Part shown: piece by piece, positions 52,102 to 63,283 of the stretch
Layout: each line of letters opens with the position of its first letter
Numbering within the stretch: position 1 is the first letter of the stretch
The notes under the pieces: generated by a model
The model's input: only the letters and a program-made list of their open reading frames with translations
The model's database searches: none
Told to the model about the DNA's origin: nothing
Source: Epiperipatus broadwayi
Taxonomy: Eukaryota; Animalia; Onychophora
DNA: 64,000 nucleotides
Reading direction: 5' to 3'
Assembly: GCA_028023455.1 (NCBI GenBank)
Contig: JAQFVV010000008.1
Location: forward strand, 5,828,001 to 5,892,000
Translations under genes and position numbers: made by a program

Positions 52102-53006
52102 AAATACATATATTGATAAGCAAAATATTCTAATATGGAATACTTTTATTTCATTGTTCTATTATATAATAATACATTTATTATTAATTTTCTTTGATAT
52201 ATATATATTACTTAATTCTAAATCACACAATGATTTAAAAAATGTCGTGGAGTATTTGTTTGTTAATATTTATTATTAATATATATAATTTCATGGTGAA
52301 GGGTCTGGAAAATAATGCAATAAGTAGATTATACATGTAGTTTGAATTTTAATAATTTCATTAGTTAAATTGTCACTAAAGATTGTCTGAACATTATAAG
52401 AATTATATATAACTTAATAAGATTTTATATTTTTATATTTTTTCCATGCTATTAAGAACTATTAAACTTAACAAGTAATTACAATGCTAATTTTCTGTTT
52501 TAATTACAATGCTATTTGAGTGAATATAATTCTTATTTTTATTTTGTTGTGATTAGTATCTCAACCATACATTTCACCTATATATGTGTGATTTTATTAG
52601 TCACCATCCAAGTCCAAGTTCTCAAACTGTACTAGAATGCAAAGTTGTGATCATGAAAAGAAAATAAAGGTATCAAAGAGTTGTTCTAAAAAAACTAAAA
52701 GATTATTTCATCTAGATGACTAATGGGTTTTTTTTAAAATATAAACTAAAATATTATTAATCATCTTACTAGTATTTTGATGTAAAAATTAGTGTATCTT
52801 TTGATGAAAATCATATTAAATAATCAATCACTAAATGAATCACTATCCACTATACATTCTATTTAATTTATTATCTGATAATGAGTTAAAATATAATAAT
52901 TATCATTTAATTATTCTCAAACAGATTAGGCTATGCATTTCCTTTAAATCCATTACAATTCTAATGCAGTATTTCATTTGCTTATACTGAATGTTTTCTT
53001 ATTTAA

Positions 53007-53380
53007 ATAGAGGAATTTGAACTCAGGATTTTCAGTCTATTCATCCTCCACTCTATTTCAAGCTACCAATACATATGACTACATACATGTGAAAAAGATA
53101 CATGATCCCTAATATACATATCATGCAAAATCAACTCTCAGTTAAGTTAGGCTAGATTATAATCTCGCACACTTATATACAATCAATGCTATCCATTAAA
53201 GTTTGAATATCTTAATATAAACTGATCACTGATTGTATATATGTATGGTAGATTATGATCTGGCCAACTGATGAGTGCTGGTACTGCATGAAATGTATGT
53301 ATTGGTTATCATGCATTTCTTTCGCATGTACAGGTGTATCCAGTTGTTTGACACCTGAAAAATCCTGGTTCAAATTCCTA
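53007..53380. mobile_element. HHR family 2, diverged head-to-head pair
   Basis: Left part matches 18640-18830 (minus sense); right part matches 19150-19355 (plus sense). Confidence 0.75.
53255..53312 (+). ncRNA. Type I hammerhead, family 2 (core intact, G-U pairs)
   Basis: ATGATC-tg-GCCAA-CTGATGA-GTGC-tggtact-GCAT-GAAA-TGTATGTA^TTGGT-tATCAT. Confidence 0.75.
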
Positions 53381-53704
53381 TATATATATGACTATTAAAA
53401 TGTGTAGTATATTATTTAATATAATAATTATCTGCAAATAATCATTGCTATTATTATTGTTATCAAATAAGTGTTTATTAAAGAAAGCAATCACTTTATT
53501 ATGCCTGCCATATGCAAATTTGAATTACAAATACATATTAAGTGAAAAATCAATATTACATAATAAATAGTGTGAATTATACAATATACTGTGTATGTAT
53601 TTGTTGTGTTAGTTTCATTTAAATTAACATGTGTCAAATAATTATTATAAGATTTGTTTCTCTTGTCAAAAGTATTTATACCTGTGTCAAATATAATGTA
53701 TAAT

Positions 53705-54012
53705 AGAGTGGGGGGGGTTTTTTTTTTTTATATATTTTTTTTTTTTTTTTTTTTATTTATTTATTATTTTTTTATTTTTTTTTTTTTTTTAAATTTTAGA
53801 AAATAATTATCAAATGTTTTTTTTTTTGGGAGTTAATATAAATTTTGTATATTAAAAATTAAAAAATCTGAGGCTTTTTTTTCCAAAACTCACCCCCCCC
53901 CACTACCCTAAAAAACCCATTCCCCTATTTATTAAAAAAAAAAAGATTAAAGAAATAGAGAAAGATATAAAAATAATATAAAAATAAAAAAAAAGGGGGG
54001 AAAGGGGGGGCT
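53705..54012. other. Low-complexity, probably low-quality sequence
   Basis: Adjacent poly-G, poly-T, poly-C and poly-A runs unlike the flanks. Confidence 0.55.
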
Positions 54013-56464
54013 TCTTCAATAATATTTAAATTTAATCTCCCAAATCATAACCAAGTTTGGTTCTGGGTTAGTTCAATCTTATAACCTTTTAAATGGATTT
54101 AGTCATCACATAAATAACTTTTCTAGGCATTCAGAATTAAACATTAAATGATTTCTAGCTGTAAGATAAAGAGTCTGGATTGGTTGGTCTGTTATCTAGC
54201 AGCTTTCACCAATAGTAGACAAGTTTACATGCTCTTATGGCTCATTGGAATTCTGTTATATACTTCTTAAACTTTGCATAATTTGTGATCATATATTTTT
54301 GTGTAAATTACGTTTTTTACTTTTTATTTTTAGAAATATTTTTGCAATGTGACAGTATTTATTTGTTTTGAAATTACGTTTATTTTCTGTCTTGTAATTG
54401 TATTGTCAAAGCACAACAATGACAACAATAAAAATTGTGTCAGTTTGCCACAATTTTTAGATCTTTTATTTGTACACAAAAAACATTTTTGAAAACTACA
54501 TATAGAATAGCAAATTTATAAATTGGACACTTTTTACCGATAAAAGAATAAAAACGATGTCTGCAACTTGGCTAGCTGTTTTAAAACTCAGATTTAAATT
54601 TTAAATGTCAGACTAATATTAAAATATTGAACTCAGAAATTATATTGATTTTACAAACTATTTTTAGAAAATTCGCATGGTGACAATTTTTTGACTAGTT
54701 ATCCATAAGTTTTATATGTTGGACATTTGCATTTTTAATCTTTTTATTGGATATCGAAGAAGTAAACGCTTTTTCAAAATATATTCCCGCACTGTTTTTC
54801 TAAATGATTTTTCTATTCGAAAAGATTAATTTGAAATATTTAAATAGTAATATTTTTAATTTATTCTATAAGCTCATCACTTTTAGCAAGTATAAATATA
54901 CTTGCTACATTACATATATCTGACTGAAAGTCAAAGCCCTTATTAGCAGTTCCCATCTTACAAAAAAAAAAAAGAAACTCTGAGAGAGAAAGTATTGCTC
55001 TCCTGGCTAGCAACTGCTGAGTAATATAGGTTTTAGCAGATTTTTCTCCTTGTTTTACCATTTAGCTAAGAAATATAAATAGCTCTAGATATTAATCTGA
55101 TTCATCACTTAATCTTTACAACGTAATCTTTTTAAATTACTTTCTGCCAAATGTCATTTCAAGAATTTTTTGTCTCTTGGTATTTATTTTTTTGTTTATT
55201 TGCTAGAGATATTTTATAAAATTTAAAAAAGGAATAATTGCTATAAATTGCAGAGATAATATATCTAATTAAATTAAACTAGAGTTAATTGTATGAAATT
55301 TACTGTATCAATATTAATTATGTAAATAAATATTAAAAGGTGCTGATGTTGACAAGATGGTAGTCAATCATTTTAATTTTGTTTATAATGAAAATAACAT
55401 CTGCTCGTTTAAATAGTATAATAAAAATATGGAATAAAAACCAACTTGGAAATAATATAATGTTTGTGAATCTTTAGTGAACAAACTATGAATGAAAAGC
55501 ATTTGTTTTACCTCCCCCCCCCCATTAAAATTAATATAGAACAACAACATAAGAATAATATAAAGTTTATGAAACATGAAAACAATATAATTTATCTAGA
55601 CAATTTAAACTTGAAATTAATATATTTAGCGAACAAAAAAAGGTTGAAAAGCATTCAAAACAATATTAATTTATCGACAAAGGCAAAAAAAAACAATTGA
55701 AAAAATATATTTTTTCATTAAGTATTACCAATTTAAACATTCTGGAAAAAATTAAATTACTGATGAGGGGCAAACAATTCTTCAAATTGAGAAAAGCTAA
55801 TCACATGATGTCAAAAAAAAAAAAGCCAAACATATATTTATTTCTTGAACGATATTCTCACATTTATCAAACGAGGTTGATAATAAGTTACATTTACAGT
55901 GCTTGCTTGCTTTTTCAAATGGGATTTTTTATTGATTTTAATTAACAGGTTTGTTTTCAAAACAAAGTACAGTATATTTCGTTACGAAAAAAATTGAAAG
56001 TGATTGATTAACATTTGCTTATTACTTTTCATGTCTAGTGGAAGTTTCACCAATGAGTAGGTCACGCATAAGATCAGCATCTATTAAACTATAGCTAATT
56101 TAGGATGAGTCTACTATTCACACTTGCAATAGCATATACATTCCATTTTAGATATAAAACTGCAAGTTGTTCATTAAATTTACTTATCATTTATAAATAA
56201 TTTTATATACCATTTTTATAGTTTATGTATTTATATACAAATTATAAAATATGATACGTAAGTTAGCTTAAAACTCAGATTTTGTAAAATACAATGGACA
56301 TGTTATTGATATTGGTGAACATCTTATAAACTGTTTATAATTTAGATTTACTTATTTAATTAATATTGGGAAATAATTTAACTCCAGTTTTACGTTATTA
56401 TATATATGATATTACATTTTTCTTTTTATTTGTATTTATAATAAAGTAGCAAATCGTTTTTAAT

Positions 56465-56556
56465 ATCTGCAACCGAAAAGGTTTTATTTTCTTCTATATG
56501 AAGAAACAGAGACTAATTCACGTAAAGAAAATAATAAAACCTTTTCGATTGCAGAT
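56465..56556. repeat. ~30-bp-arm inverted repeat
   Basis: atctgcaaccgaaaaggttttattttctt / aagaaaataataaaaccttttcgattgcagat. Confidence 0.8.
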
Positions 56557-56693
56557 GTTTTACTAATTTATTATATATATATACACATTAACACAAGCAA
56601 AACTCTCCATACAGTAGTGCCATTCAGTGCTGGCCAGAGTAATCAATGGATGCCAGAAGGCTTGTGCATAAAATCCCCATTTAGTGCCTACTC

Positions 56694-56752
56694 ATCCAAT
56701 ATCCCCAGACTAGTTTCTGGCATTTGGCCTTCATCAGTAAGGAGCCTTGGAT
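56694..56752 (-). ncRNA. Type I hammerhead, family 1 (core intact)
   Basis: ATCCAA-ggc-TCCTTA-CTGATGA-A-GGC-caaat-GCC-A-GAAAC-TA-GTC^TGGGGA-ta-TTGGAT. Confidence 0.85.
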
Positions 56753-56810
56753 CTTAGGTGGCTGCTCAAGGGTTGCATTAGATTCTAAGATCTAGGTGCA
56801 GTGCTCTCAG

Positions 56811-56869
56811 ATTCAAGGCTCCTCACTGACAAAGGCCACAAGCCAGAAACTAGTCTGGGGATATTGGAT
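56811..56869 (+). ncRNA. Type I hammerhead, family 1 (G8A)
   Basis: TCCTCA-CTGACAA-AGGC-cacaa-GCCA-GAAAC-TA-GTC-TGGGGA. Confidence 0.8.
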
Positions 56870-57527
56870 GAGTAGGCATTAGATGGGGATTTTATGCACA
56901 AGCCTTCTGGCATCCATTGATCACTCTGGCTGGCCCTGAGTGGCACTCCTGCATGGAGAGTTTTGCCTGTGTTAATAACAGTTATGTGCAAGCATAAGAA
57001 ATTGTGATCATGCGATGTTTAGTGGTTATATATGATATTACAATTGATTTAGAATAAAAGAAAAAATATTAATGAGTGTATCAATCTGTGTTTGTATAAA
57101 TGTTTAAGAAATAAATAATTATGTTAATTTTAAATGTTTTAAAAATATTATTAATAACTTCAAACTTTTTTTGAATTATTGGTTATACTTTTATTTAATC
57201 ATAAGGTAGATCACTTCAAATCATTATAATAAATGTTGGAGTTTACTGAATTTTAAATTTATAGTAGAAAAATAAAAACATTCAGAGTCAACTATCAGCC
57301 AATTATTAACTAGAATTCTGAAGGCATGTTAATATATATATATATATATAACTTATACATACATTTTGGTACTAAATTTATATAACTGTTCAATTTTTAT
57401 ATTGCAATAATTTGGGAATTCATGATAAACTTTTTAACATTGCTTCCGAAACTCCCTAATGATCCATTGTTTTTTAATATCACTTAAATCTATTATATAA
57501 AACAATAATAATAATAATAATAAATAT

Positions 57528-57613
57528 AATACAAATAAAATATCCGTTAATTAAAAATTATTACAATCTTATTATTACAATAGTTTTTAATTAATGGATA
57601 TTTTATTTGTATT
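57528..57613. repeat. 30-bp-arm AT-rich inverted repeat
   Basis: aatacaaataaaatatccgttaattaaaaa / tttttaattaatggatattttatttgtatt (one mismatch). Confidence 0.8.
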
Positions 57614-57954
57614 ACACACATATATATATATATATATATATAAAGCAATTTAGACTGACTTCCATGAATTGTCAAATATAAAATGTATAAATCCACTGTC
57701 TTTGTCAAAAAACCTAAAAATACAATGGATACAACTTGTTCTTTTAGTCTTAGAATTTATAATGGCTTGGTTTTTTTAGAAAACATTGAAATAAAGATGA
57801 ATTTCAAATTTAAGTCATATATAATGCAGCATTATTAAAACTCATTTTAAAACAACCATTATGAATAATAAATATAAATCATTTAACTGGAAACATTTAA
57901 TAAATATGATAGTCAATATATTTTTAATAGAAAGAAAACAGAATAGCTCCCTTG

Positions 57955-59118
57955 TGTGATGTATTAATTAAAACCTGATGTGATACTACCCAGAACAATG
58001 GATACGTCACTGAGAAATAATTATTTGCTTAGAACAACAACAATAATAATCGTTGTTGCTAACAACATACTTCGTGCTTGTGTGAGATATAAAATAGGTA
58101 TACGGAATTATTAACTTGCAGCTTACACAAAGAACTATCTGCTAGTAGTATTAATTAATTATAAAGTAGAGCGAACACTAATTTGTTAAGGTGCCAGTTG
58201 GACGTTTAAAGGTTGGAGATAATTTATTGTTTAACCTCAACGGTTAAATAAACCAATTTGGCACAGTCAAGGATAGAACCTGCAAAAGAAAACATTAAAC
58301 GTAATCAGCAATGGCTGCCATGTTCCAAATGTCAATAGCAGAATTTGATATCGAGAACCCTACCAACTGGTCACTATATGTTAAACATGTGGGAAAATTT
58401 TTCCTTGTTAACAATATCAAGGAAAACCACATAAAGGTGGCCATATTACTTGGATTTTCCAGAATGAAAGTGCTCGAGATCGCAAACCGTCTATGTGAAC
58501 CGGCAGAGCCTGAAACGTTTCAATATGATGAAATTGTTCAAAAATTAACAGAACACTTCTGCCCTCTTCCGTCGAAACACATCGCTAGACTGCATTTTAG
58601 AAATTGACGGCAATTGAAAGCAGAAAACTTTTAAAGAATTTGACACAGTGCTAAGGGAACTAGCAAAAAATTGTGTCTACGGACAATTTTTAGAAGAGGC
58701 CCTGTTGGAGCAGTTATTATGGGACACTAAATTCCGTGAACACCTACTAGCTGATTCAGAGTTAAATTACAAGGATGCCATTAAAAGAGGAATTGCACAT
58801 GAGTTTGTGATGAACCAAGCTAAAGAATATCTGGATATCATGCCATCGGTAAATTTTTACCAATCAATTAATAAAATCATGGAACGTGGAAATGAAATGT
58901 CAAAACAGGAAAGAGTAAACAATATAAAAACAAACAGTCTCCCATATTCTTAAAGGACTATGTCCACTAGAAAAGAGAAAATGCTATGTTGGACCATAGA
59001 GAAAACAATGTATTCCATGTTACTCCTAGTTCTGTGTAGTGGGAGGAGAAGTGTGATGTATTAATTAAAACCTGACATGATACTACCCAGAACAATGGAT
59101 ACATCACTGAGAAATAAT
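57955..59118 (+). mobile_element. Internally deleted Ty3/Gypsy LTR retrotransposon (5' LTR, PBS, gag, PPT, truncated 3' LTR)
   Basis: tgtgatgtattaattaaaacctga..cactgagaaataat at 57955 and 59052; PBS-like ttggcacagtc at 58258; PPT gggaggagaag at 59041-59051. Confidence 0.85.
58311..58953 (+). pseudogene. Gypsy-type Gag (interrupted)
   Basis: EFDIENPTNWSLY..LCEPAEP..YDEIVQKLTEHFCP..ARLHF and LRELAKNCVYG..LEEAL..LLADSEL match the common Ty3/Gypsy gag pattern; stop and frame break at ~58605-58647. Confidence 0.8.
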
Positions 59119-60099
59119 GACAAATATAAATATAAATAATGACATATATATATATACCTACTATACATTTATATTTGATAGCTCACAGAAGTTAGTTTGC
59201 CTTTTTTCTGTTACATATATGTTCAATGCTGTGTTTATTAAATATTTACAATTATCTAATTTCTATTTATTATTTACAAAGTTTATTTTGTTATAAAATG
59301 AGATTCTGTTTCTTAACTTTGCATATCTGATTATAAGTTCAATTTAATAACGCTGTATATACATTTGGTTTAAGTTTGAAATGATAATAAAAATCAAATT
59401 ATGCACATGGTTATAAAAATCATCCATTGTATTTATACCAGAAACAAAATCATCTTGAAGATCTGATAATATATTATTTCTAAGCAAAAATGACATTACT
59501 TTCTCTTTAATCATTATTTCAACTGTTTAGAAATCACAGAAATAATATTTTATAATTATCAGAAAATAAAAGATCAATCTTTGTAAAAGTTGGTGTTATA
59601 ATGCAGATTTTTAGTCATGTGGGAAACAATTCAACACTTAAAGAAATATCAAATGAATAATAAGAACAGTTATAAAAACTGATGTACTTACTTTAAGAGT
59701 CTTTGGACTTAAATGATCTAATTTAGTTGAAATAACACTATTTACACAATGATTTCACTAATGTCAAACATAAAAAGAGGTAAGCAAGGCAAAGCCAATG
59801 ATATTTTCTGTACCAGTTCATTATCTGTTGGCATACATTGTGATTTATAAATTTAATTTACCAGGATAAATATTTTTTTATTAAAAAATTAAACATTTTC
59901 CATTTCAAAAAATTATTTTTATCATTAAAATTTTTTGATAATATTGAAATTCTAAGTTCCTAATGTTATACTTAATTTAAGAATTTAGTTGTTGTTTTTT
60001 TAATTCACTAAATCTCCATCTAAAAATTTTGAATAATTTTCATGATTGTTTCTTTCTATTAAATTACCAGTTATCTATGCAGAATGTCTTTTATTATTG

Positions 60100-60720
60100 T
60101 TTGTCAATACAAATCTAAAGAATGATACATCCCTGCTGAACATTGCAACAGTACATGCATCAGATAGCTTGCCATTGTTGATCTTATTTTGTGAAGTTCC
60201 ACCACAATGTTTTTTTGGTAAAAAAAAGAATGCACCTGGTTAAAGATGATCAAACCAGGATTTGCAATAAATGTAAAGGGAGAAAGAATAAATTTCATCA
60301 ATGTAATACTCAGGAAATAAAAGAGACCACTCTTTTGAACTGAGAGAAGTAAAAAGAGTGGAAAAAGAAATGAACGAGGGCTTGACTAACAAAAAAATGG
60401 ACTTAAAAATCGGAGAAAAAAATGCAAAAGAATCAAACTATAGAACAAGATACAAAAGATAGGATAGTGGAAATGAAGAAGTCCATGGTCAATCTGCAAG
60501 GCATGTCTTCAAGCATCACAATAACGAAATCTATCAAAAGGAAACCTGAGAAAAAAGTCAAAACCGACTTAGGTAAATAAGATGGCTAGGCCTCGGATGT
60601 AAGTCAAAAAGATGACCACCTCTGGTTCTAAAATCTCAGATGAGGGGAAGATGAAAGAGAAAAAAAGGAAGACAATGGAAGAAGGAAAATGCAAAAAAGC
60701 TGAGCACAATTAACAATAAC
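60100..60720 (+). mobile_element. Old RTE-like LINE RT fragment
   Basis: GFAINVKGERINFIN (cf. GI.INGE.LN.LRFADD), a WLG-type motif at ~60582 and a GKR..GR-like end. Confidence 0.45.
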
Positions 60721-61657
60721 CAAGATCACCAAATACAAGGACAAAATGTTGTCAAAGATTTGGAGCAAATAAACTTATCCCCCCCCCATTTCAAGAGACT
60801 TTCCCCAACATGTAATCACAAAATAACACCAAACAACTAATAGTAAATTTTATTAAGGAAATCAAAAAGAGGGACAAATTAATAACGCCAATGGAAATAT
60901 TTAAGACCACGTGGAAATTATTTGATTTACCAGATGCCAGTTAATCTGGTTTGGAATCTCATCTCGGATTGATTGAAGATATAGATATAAGAACTAATAA
61001 TATAGATATCAGAGTTTACAATATTAATAAAAGTAACTTTTTAATAAAAAAAGTAATCCATTAATTTTGTAATTAAAAACTTCCCATCAAAATAGTGTTG
61101 TACTCAATTTGGTCTTCTATACTTTCTGTTATCAGAAGTTAATGAGGGTTTGATAGTTGGCTGGAGATCTTTGTGTAGTTTGCAGAGTTATTGCAAATTT
61201 TGCACCAACTTTTTTAATTCATAATTCATTTCCAATGAGTCTAAATAAAGTACCAATAATCTGAATTTTTATAAAAAAGAATCGTCATTGAAACAAAAAT
61301 TATATGCAAATTCTGATTAAATAATAATGTTTTTAGTTTATTATTTTATTAATATAAAAATGTGTATTTACTTATTGCCTCAAATTAAATAATTTTAACA
61401 CACATCATGCTAATTTAATATAATAAAATATGATTCAATAAAGGGGGACATTTATATGTGTACAAAAGACAACTTGATTAAAGCCATAATTATAAATTTA
61501 AGCAACATAGAGAAGATAAGATGTGATATGTTGGACTATTTCCATCATTTTTGAGAGAATGTTAAATGTATAGAAAATTTTAAACTTTATTTAAACTTTC
61601 CAAATACAAACAACTTGTTAGTAATAATACACAAATAGACAATACAGATCAGTAATT

Positions 61658-61702
61658 GTTCAATGTTTCGAGTAGTATTATTCTCCACTCTTCTTCAGGT
61701 GT
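61658..61702 (-). ncRNA. Minimal PLE hammerhead ribozyme (core intact, stem I damaged)
   Basis: ACAC-CTGAAGA-A-GAGTGG-agaataata-CTACTC-GAAAC-ATT-GAAC. Confidence 0.75.
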
Positions 61703-61918
61703 TGCTGGCCTATATGCATAATGACAATATTTGCTTAGAAGTTGAACTCACACTTTTAGATTCTTGAATATTAAATTTAAGGCAAATGCTCTACCAACTG
61801 AGCTATTCTGTCAAAGGCAACATATAGTAGAAACTTGATATATTTATATATGATGGTTGGTTCAAATCCTCCTGAGTCCTCCAATTTTTTTTCCTAATTA
61901 TTATTATTATTTTTATTT

Positions 61919-62466
61919 TTATTTTTTCCTAAGAGCAAAATTAATTAGAGGCTTCCATACATTGTGTATTGCCACACTGGGTTGACTTATAGGATTATTT
62001 ACCATTGTCATATAAGCAGCTTCCTTGAATTTTCTTCTATGCATTTTTTCTTCTTTATCCAATATCTTTGTATTTTCCCACTTAAGCATGTGGTCATTAG
62101 TACATACATGATCTTCTATGGTAGATACATCTGTTTTTTCTCTTTTAACCATTAGTTTATGCTCCTTCAATTGCTGTTCAACAGAGCAACAGGTCTCACC
62201 AATGTATTTTCTTCCACATTCACATGGTATTTCATAGATGCAGTTTTTGTTCTTCAGCATTTCCAGTTTAGGCTTAGTAGAAGTAAGCATTCCTCAAAGT
62301 GTGGTATGGCTTTGGAAAGCAGTTCTAATGTTATATTGATTGCAGATTTTCTTTAATTTGTCCGCCATTCCTGGTATGTATGGATACACTACCATACCAA
62401 TAACTGTTTTCTCTTTTGGTGTCTCTTTGTGTTGTCTATTGAAGGTTTTTCTGATGACTGCTGATG
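61919..62466 (-). pseudogene. PLE GIY-YIG endonuclease C-terminal region (left arm, one CGA>TGA stop)
   Basis: NCIYEIPCECGRKYIGET..LKEHK..DHVCTNDH..WENTKIL..RKFKEAAYM. Confidence 0.9.
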
Positions 62467-62469
62467 GGC

Positions 62470-63028
62470 ATGCTGGTTATTCATCAGCAGTCATCAGAAA
62501 AACCTTCAATAGACAACACAAAGAGACACCAAAAGAGAAAACAGTTATTGGTATGGTAGTGTATCCATACATACCAGGAATGGCGGACAAATTAAAGAAA
62601 ATCTGCAATCAATATAACATTAGAACTGCTTTCCAAAACCATACCACACTTCGAGGAATGCTTACTTCTACTAAGCCTAAACTGGAAATGCTGAAGAACA
62701 AAAACTGCATCTATGAAATACCATGTGAATGTGAAAGAAAATACATTGGTGAGACTGGTCGCCCTGTTGAACAGCGATTGAAGGAGCATAAACTAATGGT
62801 TAAAAGAGAAAAACAGCTGTATCTACCATAGCAGATCATGTATGTACTAATGACCATATGCTTAAGTGGAAAAATACAAAGATATTGGATAAAGAGGAAA
62901 AAATGCATAGAAGAAAATTCAAGGAAGCTGCTCATATGACAATGATAAATAATCCTATAAGTCAACCCAGTGTGGCAATATACAATGTATGGAAGCCTCT
63001 AATTAATCTTGCTCTTAGGAAAAAATAA
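62470..63028 (+). pseudogene. PLE linker + GIY-YIG endonuclease (right arm, 1-nt frameshift at ~62810)
   Basis: AGYSSAVIRK..VYPYIPGMADKLKKIC..CIYEIPCECERKYIGETGRPVEQRLKEHK. Confidence 0.9.
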
Positions 63029-63128
63029 AAATAATAATAATAATTAGGAAAAAAAATTGGAGGACTCAGGAGGATTTGAACCAACCCTCATATATAAATA
63101 TATCAAATTTCTATTCTATGTCACCTTT

Positions 63129-63218
63129 GACAGAATAGCTCAGTTGGTAGAGCGTTTGCCTTAAATTCAATATTCAAGAATCTAAAGATGCAAGTTCAAC
63201 TTCTAAGCAAATATTGTC
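63129..63218 (+). promoter_or_regulatory. tRNA-derived segment with Pol III A/B-box-like motifs inside the PLE 3' region (mirror at ~61723-61812, minus)
   Basis: GACAGAA-TAGCTCAGTTGG-TAGAGC..AGTTCAACTTCT..ATTGTC; A box 63136-63147, B box ~63193-63204; acceptor-like GACA/TGTC ends. Confidence 0.65.
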
Positions 63219-63238
63219 ACTGTGCATACAGGCTATAA

Positions 63239-63283
63239 ACACCTGAAGAAGAGTGGAGAATAATACTACTCAAAATGTTGTGT
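63239..63283 (+). ncRNA. Minimal PLE hammerhead ribozyme (G12A; stem I intact)
   Basis: ACAC-CTGAAGA-A-GAGTGG-agaataata-CTACTC-AAAA-TGTT-GTGT; the consensus of both arms is GAAACGTT^GTGT. Confidence 0.75.

Larger units (their letters stand above)
56588..57030. mobile_element. HHR family 1 head-to-head pair
   Basis: Minus-sense partial monomer 56588-56757 followed by plus-sense partial monomer ~56770-57030. Confidence 0.9.

Noticed and set aside
54861-55061. 66-aa minus-strand ORF as a gene
   Set aside because: Contains a poly-T run, no domain, no supporting exons.
55755-55800. CTGATGAGGGG.. as a hammerhead
   Set aside because: No convincing stem II or GAAA, and the region is of doubtful quality.
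62451-62497. CTGATGA motifs at the palindrome centre as ribozyme cores
   Set aside because: They are the antisense of the SSAVIR codons; no GAAA or stems follow.
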